Assembly (NCBI GenBank): GCA_023205875.1
Contig: CP060762.1
Span: forward strand, 372,001-436,000
From: Chloropicon primus
Lineage: Eukaryota
Direction of reading: 5' to 3'
DNA: 64,000 bases
Shown: positions 57,055-64,000 of the stretch, one piece after another
How the letters are laid out: every line of letters begins with the position of its first letter
Numbering within the stretch: the stretch's first letter is position 1
Position numbers and translations under genes: made by a program
Notes under the pieces: generated by a model
The model's database searches: none
What the model was told of the DNA's origin: nothing
What the model saw: the letters and a program-made list of their open reading frames with translations, nothing else

Positions 57055-58494
57055 TCAGAAAAGAATGTCCGATTCTCGTTCTGGTTCTGGTTCTGGTTCT
57101 CCTTCTGGTTCTCCTTCTGGTTCTGCTTCTGCACCGCTTCCGTCCCCGTTCGTCTCCTCGACGCTGGCGTCTTGGCCAAGGGGGTCGTAGCTCGCGTTCA
57201 GACCCAACGCGTGGTCCTTGAGGCTCTCGTTCATCAGCGTGGCAAACACTTCCTTGACAGGCATCAAAGAATGGCTGCATTGGTGGAGGTACTGCAAGAT
57301 TTCAAGGGCCGTGGGCCTCGAGCAAGGGTTAGAGTTGAGGCACATGCCGGCCAGCTGGCCGAGGACCGTTTCCAACGAACCCGCGTTCTTGCACCTGATG
57401 ATCTTCTCGTTGATGTCGCTCAAAAGGCGGAGGAGCATCGCACCGTAGCTGTAAACGTCAACGGCAAAGCCTTGGACATTCGGGTGGTTCACCTCCGGTG
57501 CCCTGTACTTCCTCGTTCCCACCTTTCTCATGAGCTCGGACTCGCTGCTGTAGAGCGAAGCGGCGAGACCAAAGTCGATCAACTTTGCGATCTTGCAGTC
57601 CTCCGTCAGGCAGACGTTCCTCGTCTTGATGTCCCGGTGGATGATCCCCTTCCTGTGAAGGTAAAGCATGGCACGAGCCACCTGGATCAAGACGTCCAGG
57701 ATATCGACCTTGCCCGCGGTCCACTCGTCCCGGAAGCAGTGCGGAAGGTACTCCATGACCATGTAGAAGGACTCCTTGTTCTCGAAGCAGCCGTACACTT
57801 TCACCACGTTCGGATGCGTGCTCCTCATCAAGTAACGCATCTCCCTCTTGAGTGACGACTTGGCGTTGCTCTTCTCCGGAGAAGCCTCCTTCACAGCGAC
57901 CGGGGTGCCGTACCACTGCACCTTGTAGACCGTGCCATACCCTCCCTTGCCAATCTTGATCCACTTGTCCTTGCTCGACAGGCCCCACCAGTCAAACTCC
58001 TCCCTGCATGCTTTCCTGCTGCTCTTCGTGGGACTGTCGAACCCGGCCTCTCTGTAGTCGGACAGCAAGGGCGTAACGTGGCTGGAACGCCTGGCATCGC
58101 CCAAAGTCTTCGTGTCCTCCTCCCCCAAGCTGCTCGAGTGCATCTTGCCGAACCCCTGGGGTAGCGGTGTCAACCCCGGCGACCGCGGTGAACCCACGGG
58201 AGGCTCCAAGGGGCTCTCCACCATGGGAGGCACCCCGTGAGGATGGGTCTCAGCAAACAGACTCCTCATGCCAGACAACATACATGCACTTGTAGACAAA
58301 CTCTCATCGTCCTCATCGCCAGCTCCACCGTCATTGCCTTGGCAAGCAGGAGGACGAGGAGAAGGAGAAGGAGAAGGAGAGAGAGTGTGTGTGTGTGAAA
58401 GAGCGCGCGCCGAAAAAGAAAAAGAGAGGTGGTGGTGAGCAAGCCACGTGCTTGAATAAACGTCGGTTTGGGTCTGCTTTTTTGAGAAAACCAT
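57055..58494 (-). CDS. Ser/Thr (TKL-like) protein kinase; 5' structure uncertain
   Basis: IGKGGYGTVY, VAVK, IIHRDIKTRN, DFG, GTRKYRAPE, DVYSYG. The 5' part of the ORF crosses microsatellites and is probably intron or UTR. Confidence 0.88.
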   Translation of the reverse strand: MVFSKKQTQTDVYSSTWLAHHHLSFSFSARALSHTHTLSPSPSPSPRPPACQGNDGGAGDEDDESLSTSACMLSGMRSLFAETHPHGVPPMVESPLEPPVGSPRSPGLTPLPQGFGKMHSSSLGEEDTKTLGDARRSSHVTPLLSDYREAGFDSPTKSSRKACREEFDWWGLSSKDKWIKIGKGGYGTVYKVQWYGTPVAVKEASPEKSNAKSSLKREMRYLMRSTHPNVVKVYGCFENKESFYMVMEYLPHCFRDEWTAGKVDILDVLIQVARAMLYLHRKGIIHRDIKTRNVCLTEDCKIAKLIDFGLAASLYSSESELMRKVGTRKYRAPEVNHPNVQGFAVDVYSYGAMLLRLLSDINEKIIRCKNAGSLETVLGQLAGMCLNSNPCSRPTALEILQYLHQCSHSLMPVKEVFATLMNESLKDHALGLNASYDPLGQDASVEETNGDGSGAEAEPEGEPEGEPEPEPERESDILF

Positions 58495-58978
58495 TCATTA
58501 CGGTAAGCAACGCCAAGACAGGGGCACGGAAGAGAGAACGAACGAGGCCCACGAGTAATGCGTCGTCGCTTCACGAAGGAAAGGAAGGAGTTTGGGAAGG
58601 AGAGGGGAGATCATCCAAACCCAAGAGAGACCCCAAGAGATCGGATGCCCAGGATTGCCAGGCTGGCCCCTCTTGGCGCCTTGGCCCCTCCTCCTTTCGG
58701 ATCTCAAAATTTTGGGATCCGACGTGACGTTATCTCGAGCCTCGACGACGAGAGGCGGGCATTGCTTGACGAGCAGAGGATCTCAACCAGCGGAGCGAGC
58801 GGTTGGCGAGGAAGGAAAAGGGCAAAGGCGTTGGCGAGGATTTTTTTTTAAGCTTCTTTAGACGAAACTACGTCTCTTGGGCTTTCCGTGGATACCTCAT
58901 TCGAGTGATTTGGCTCACGAGACGCTGGACGAGAGAGGGAAAGAGGTCGAGGAAGGGAGAGAGAGGGGCAGGGTGAGG

Positions 58979-60450
58979 ATGAAGGGAACGACGATGAGGG
59001 CGTCCGCGAGGAGGGTGCCGTGCGAGAAGAGCGCGCAGGTTACGACGAGGAGGAAGAAGAGCGTGGGAGTCCGCGCCGCGAACGGAGGGGACGAGGTCCC
59101 TGCGGCTTGGCCAGGGACTGCCGCGCCGCCGGCGAACTACGCGAAGAGGACGACGCCAAAGGTGAGGAGGGAACCCTTTGCTGCCCACGTGAACTCGGAC
59201 TGACGACCTTGTGCTTCACACACACTCTCGCTCGCTCGTTCTTGTCTCTGCAGCCTATATCCATCCTGGGCTGCACGGGCTCCATCGGAACGCAGACGCT
59301 GGACATCTGCCGCGAGCACCCGGAGAGCTTTGAGGTGAAGGCCTTGAGCGCGGGGAGCAACGTGGAGCTTCTCCTTGACCAGATCAAGGAGTTCAAGCCA
59401 GAGCTCGTGTCGATCAAGGAGACCAAGGTGGGCGAGCTCAAGGAGGCCTTGGGATCGATCAAGTCCGAGCTCGGCGGGTACGTCCCGGAGATCGCGGCCG
59501 GAGTCGATGGGATGTGCGAAGTCGCCGCCTTTCCTTCGGTGGAGGCGACCGTGACGGGCATCGTGGGGTGCGCGGGCCTCCAGCCCACCGTGGCCGCGAT
59601 CAAGGCCGGCAAGGACATTTGCCTCGCGAACAAGGAGACCCTGATTGCGGGAGGCCCTTTCGTCCTTCCCCTCGCCAAGGAGCACGGGATCCACATCCTG
59701 CCCGCTGATAGCGAGCACAGCGCGCTGTTCCAGTGCATCCAGGGGCTCCCTGAGGGAGGACTGAGGAGAATCATTCTCACCGCTTCCGGGGGCGCGTTCA
59801 GGGACTGGGACGTCGAGAGGCTGAAGACCGCCAAGGTTTCGGATGCCTTGAAGCACCCCAACTGGGACATGGGCAAGAAGATCACCATCGACTCTGCCAC
59901 CCTCATGAACAAGGGCCTGGAGGTCATTGAGGCGCACTACCTTTACGGAACTTCCTACGACGACATCGAGATCGTGATCCACCCTCAGTCCATCATCCAC
60001 TCGATGGTAGAGACCTCTGACTCCTCCGTTCTCGCCCAGCTTGGTTGGCCGGACATGCGCTTGCCCATCCTGTACACCCTGTCGTGGCCGGAGAGGCAGA
60101 TGACCTCCGAGGAGACCTGGCCAAGGCTCGACTTCATCAAGATGGGAGACTTGACCTTCAGGGAGCCTGATAACAAGAAGTACCCTTCCATGGACATTGC
60201 GTACGCCGCTGGCAGGGCTGGAGGCACCATGACCGGCGTTCTCAGCGCTGCGAACGAGCAGGCCGTCGAGGCCTTTCTGAACGAGCAGATCGGCTACCTG
60301 GACATCTTCAAGCACGTCGAGCAGGCTTGCGAGGCCCACCAGAACGACCTCGTGACCGCTCCCACCCTGGAGGACATCGTGCACTACGACCAGTGGGCGC
60401 GTGACTTTGTCGCAGAGCAGACGGGAACAAAGGTGCCACAGGTTGCTTGA
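58979..60450 (+). CDS. DXR: 1-deoxy-D-xylulose-5-phosphate reductoisomerase (plastid MEP pathway)
   Basis: join(58979..59161,59254..60450). PAAWPGTA plant-type motif, [46 protein letters not shown]. Confidence 0.97.
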
Positions 60451-60627
60451 GCCGCGCGCGGAGAGAGAAGAGAGGGGGAAGCAACGACGGCAACGACGGC
60501 GGCAACTAAGAAACAAACAAACAAAAGAGCTATGTACACTACATCCAAACACGCAAGACAAGCTCGCTCTCGCGCGCGCGTCCACCGAAAACTCGGTTTT
60601 ACTATACAAATACTTGCTGGCTCAAGC

Positions 60628-61455
60628 TCACTGCGTGGAGTCTTCGAACTTCGTGGTCAAGTTCTCGGCTCCGCCCTGCATGGCCTGCCTCCGTGCATTG
60701 AGCATGATGGCCTTGTGCCGCAGGTTCTCGTGGAGGATGAGATCGGTGGGCGAAGGAGGAAGCCTTGATCGAGCCCCGGGCCCGCCTTTGACCTTGGTCA
60801 CCACCTCCGTGGTGCTCGCCCTCGCGTTCTGCAGGATGGCCTCGCGCCTCAAGTTCTTGTGACAGCTGACGTCCGAGGGCGAGATAGGGAAGGTGGCACG
60901 GCCTCTCTCACCGAGGGACAGGCTCTCTGCCTTGACGCTCGCCCTGTCCGATCCCGAGACGCTCTCCGCGTTGGCCAAGATCGCTTCTTGGAGCACGTTC
61001 GTGCGAAAGGTGGAGTCCGTGGGTGACACGGGAAGGTCCTTGTGGGACACAGGTTTCGCAAACGCGTCCTTGGGCACCTCCACGCTCTTTGGCCGAGACT
61101 TTCTCGGGAAGGAAGGAATCTCCTCGATGGCCTTCCCTTCCACAGCGCTCTTCTTCAGTTGCTGCTTCTGCTCGTGCTTCCTCCTGTGTGCGTGGGCGGG
61201 CTTCTTCACCTCGCCGAGGCCCCCGGTCCTCCTCGTGTTCAGCTCGCTCCTGGACACGCCACCGAAGGGCTTCCTCTCACCTTTGCCCTTCTTCCCCAAG
61301 CCTCCGTCCTTGACGGAGGAGGACTTGAGGATTTGGTTGGCCTGGACTCCCACTCCCTTGTGGTGGGCACTGTAAACCATGTTCTCCACTCCACTGCCAG
61401 GTCCTGGCAAAGCCGAGACTCCATTCTCCGCGCCTTCCACGAATACTTCGAACAT
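60628..61455 (-). CDS. Hypothetical basic disordered protein with three P.SP[TS]D..N....AI..NA repeats
   Basis: 275-aa ORF from ATG 61455 with GC3-rich codons and three internal ~23-aa repeats. Confidence 0.72.
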   Translation of the reverse strand: MFEVFVEGAENGVSALPGPGSGVENMVYSAHHKGVGVQANQILKSSSVKDGGLGKKGKGERKPFGGVSRSELNTRRTGGLGEVKKPAHAHRRKHEQKQQLKKSAVEGKAIEEIPSFPRKSRPKSVEVPKDAFAKPVSHKDLPVSPTDSTFRTNVLQEAILANAESVSGSDRASVKAESLSLGERGRATFPISPSDVSCHKNLRREAILQNARASTTEVVTKVKGGPGARSRLPPSPTDLILHENLRHKAIMLNARRQAMQGGAENLTTKFEDSTQ

Positions 61456-62469
61456 TTTGTGAGCAAAAAAACAACCTGAAACAAGCTGCCTCACTCACGC
61501 ACGCGGTCCTCTCTCCCTCTCTCTCAAGTGTCACCAAACGGATGCTCCCTCCTGGAAAGAAGACGCTAATGGTAATGCCCAATGCTTATGGTATAAATGG
61601 TAAATGGCAGCGTCCTACCCAAGAAGAAGAAGAAGAAGAAGTGATGTGATACGATATGATGTGATGTGATGTGATGTGATGTCCCACAAGCGATGGAAGA
61701 GGAAAGGTAAGATGGTGGTACCAAGGTAATGCCTTGGCCCTCGAACGTGTGTTGCGTCGGTCGCCACACGGCGGATGATGCAAAGCAAAGCAAAGCAAGT
61801 GTGACAGACCATTCGCCCGCCAAAGCTCAAGATTTCTCCCTTGGTTGCCACCCTTTTCTGCCCAAGATGGAATCCGTAGTACGACGTATTGAAGTGTTTC
61901 GTGCCCATGTGACGTGGTTTACAATGGGTTTACAATACGACGTCCGGTTGTGTAGAAACTCCATAGGAAGTGGCCAACCCCCACGGCCGTCCAACGAATA
62001 CGAAGAAGAACGGCACAACGGACAGGTCGGACGACCCGAGCCAAGGAACGCCAAGTGCGCGCGCACAAGATGATGGCACAGAGGACCGAAGAGTGAGAGT
62101 GAGAGTGAGAGTGATGATCATGATTGGAGCTACAACCTATAACGCTTGTATATCCAGGCTTGTATGCTGTGTGCAAAGCAATCTCCCTTGTTGCGCGACG
62201 AACCCGAGCGTTAATTCTCACTCCGCCATGTCGTGTCATTAGGGTTTAGGGTTTTCCCCCGTTGAAATCACTGTTCGGGTAACGGACGAGGGGCGTGACA
62301 AGAGAGGGAGCGGAGAGCGAGACGAGCCAGAGCAACACGACGAGGCGAAGTGCGCGCGCAGAGGCGAAGGGGTCTGTCTTCGATCGATCGAAGGCTTCAC
62401 GAGGACTCGTGGGTTTCCTTTTTTTTTTTTTTTGTGGCGCCAACTTGAACTGAATTGAGTGGGGAAGGC

Positions 62470-63657
62470 ATGAAGCGAAAGTGTTCTTCTTCTCCGACGA
62501 CGACGACGACGATCGAGGGGAAGAGTGGGAACGGGATGGAGGCGGAGGTCGCCGTGACGGAGGCGGAGGTGAGGGAGGACATCAGCCCGCACGACGCCGG
62601 GACGAAGGTGCCTGTGCCTCCCTCGTCGTCGCCTGCCTCGCCCGACTCGAAGAAGAAGAAGAGGTGGTGGAAGTTCCTGGAGAGGTTCGGGGGCTTGACG
62701 CGATCGGACGTGAAGAGCGAGTGGAACGATTACGACGCGACGTTCACGCAAAAGGACGGGAAGGGGATCACGGACAAGGAGCACACCAAGGACGGAGTGG
62801 AGAAGTTCTACAACCTCGTAACCGACATTTACGAGTGGGGCTGGGGACCAAGCTTCCACTTCTCTCCCAGGCTGAGGGGCAAAGGAATTGCGGAGTCTTC
62901 CGCGGCCCACGAGACGAGGATCGCGGACAACTTGGGCCTGAAGCCGGGGACGATGGCCCTGGACGTGGGCTGCGGCATCGGGGGGCCCCTCATCACGATC
63001 GCGTCGCACAGCGGGGCCAAGGTGGTGGGCGTGACCATCAACAAGTACCAGGTCGAGAGGTGCAAGGCCCGCGCCATCAAGGCTGGCTTGAAGTATAAGG
63101 AGGACTTCGACGTCGTTCAGGGGAACTTCTTGGACCTTCAGTTCGCGGAGAGCTCGATAGACAACGCGTATGCCATCGAGGCGACGTGCCACTCGCCGGA
63201 CCTTGAGAAGGCGTACAGCGAGATCTTCAGAGTCTTGAAGCCCGGCGGAAAATTCGTGAATTACGAGTGGGTCTCGACCTCTGTGTACGATCCGAAGAAC
63301 CCGGACCACGTCAGGTGCATCGATGAGATCAACTACGCCAACGCTCTCCCGGAGATGCGCAGGTACTATGAGATCGCCGAGGTCGCGAGGAAGGTCGGGT
63401 TCGAGGTTCTCGTGGAGAGGGACCTGGCCGTGACCACCAACGCTGGCAATTGGTGGGAGATCCTCAAAAAGAGCATGAAGAAGTACAAGCTCAACGACAT
63501 TATTATTAAGACTCTTTCGTTCTTGAGGATCCTCCCAAAGGAGACCAAGGACGTCCACAAGATGCTTTACGGCGTCCTCGGCACGTTCATCGAGGGTGGT
63601 GAGATGGGCATCTTTTCGCCGATGTACATGGTCGTCCTCCAGAAACCAGAAGCTTGA
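62470..63657 (+). CDS. SMT: Sterol C24-methyltransferase
   Basis: FYNLVTDIYEWGWGPSFHF, LDVGCGIGGP, YAIEATCHSP, RVLKPGG..YEW, GIFSPMY. Confidence 0.95.
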   Translation: MKRKCSSSPTTTTTIEGKSGNGMEAEVAVTEAEVREDISPHDAGTKVPVPPSSSPASPDSKKKKRWWKFLERFGGLTRSDVKSEWNDYDATFTQKDGKGITDKEHTKDGVEKFYNLVTDIYEWGWGPSFHFSPRLRGKGIAESSAAHETRIADNLGLKPGTMALDVGCGIGGPLITIASHSGAKVVGVTINKYQVERCKARAIKAGLKYKEDFDVVQGNFLDLQFAESSIDNAYAIEATCHSPDLEKAYSEIFRVLKPGGKFVNYEWVSTSVYDPKNPDHVRCIDEINYANALPEMRRYYEIAEVARKVGFEVLVERDLAVTTNAGNWWEILKKSMKKYKLNDIIIKTLSFLRILPKETKDVHKMLYGVLGTFIEGGEMGIFSPMYMVVLQKPEA

Positions 63658-64000
63658 GCGGACCCGGGGACGCGATTCCACAACCAAGGCACAATCAGGC
63701 AAAGAGAGAGAGAGAGAGCCCTGCCTTGCCCCCCCCAAACCTGTAATCGATTTTTTTTGCTCCACCAGAAAATAGAAGAAATCATTTTTTTTGGCTCGAC
63801 GACGACGGCCATGTCGTCGACGTTACTCGAGCGCACTCGAGGTAAGCGCAACCGAGGCAGAGGAAGCCATGCTCGGCTTCCCCTCTTCCTCCTCGTTCCC
63901 TCTCCCTTGGTCTCGAAGCTGACGGCTCGTTTCGGCTCGTTTCTCTCTCTCTCTCTCTGTCTCTCTCTGTGCAGCTCTGCATGAAGAGATCGAGCGAAGC

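Noticed and set aside
61640..62240. Small ORFs (including PTCPLCR) and (gtgat)n runs between the orphan gene and SMT
   Set aside because: No complete RING domain or coding-like bias; probably UTR, intron or promoter microsatellites.
62239..62254. ttagggtttagggttt as an interstitial telomere
   Set aside because: Only two units; at most a telo-box-like promoter motif.
58979..63657. DXR plus SMT as an isoprenoid/sterol biosynthetic cluster
   Set aside because: Only two primary-metabolism genes, separated by an unrelated gene.

Overview
Gene-dense, GC-rich eukaryotic nuclear DNA from a compact green alga. It has short GT-AG introns with CTGAC/CTAAC branch points, microsatellite-rich intergenic DNA, and plastid-targeted DXR, THIC and alpha-amylase. 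The style fits a prasinophyte-grade picoalga such as Chloropicon, but that assignment is inference. About 33 protein-coding genes are supported, including UFL1, an RPGRIP1L-like gene, ACT-alpha-amylase, a cupin-Nudix fusion, FCF2, TadA, THIC, SmD3, BTB-MATH, a kinase with four cNMP-binding domains, TsaE, GT29, a CTL transporter, HIBADH, TruA, MRT4, GT4, a golgin-like protein with 324-bp repeats, DXR and sterol methyltransferase. I recognised no tRNA, rRNA, CRISPR array or transposon. Most notable: (1) a dual-coding locus where a TMEM42/DMT-like membrane protein ORF overlaps the whole N-terminal extension of TruA, with the two start codons 5 nt apart (ATGcaATG); (2) a sharply bounded ~2 kb AT-rich island with no long ORF, a candidate centromere; (3) a PKG-architecture kinase whose nucleotide pockets carry cAMP-type rather than cGMP-type signatures; (4) a cupin fused to a catalytically degenerate Nudix domain; (5) ciliary genes. 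All family assignments come from motif recognition, not database searches.
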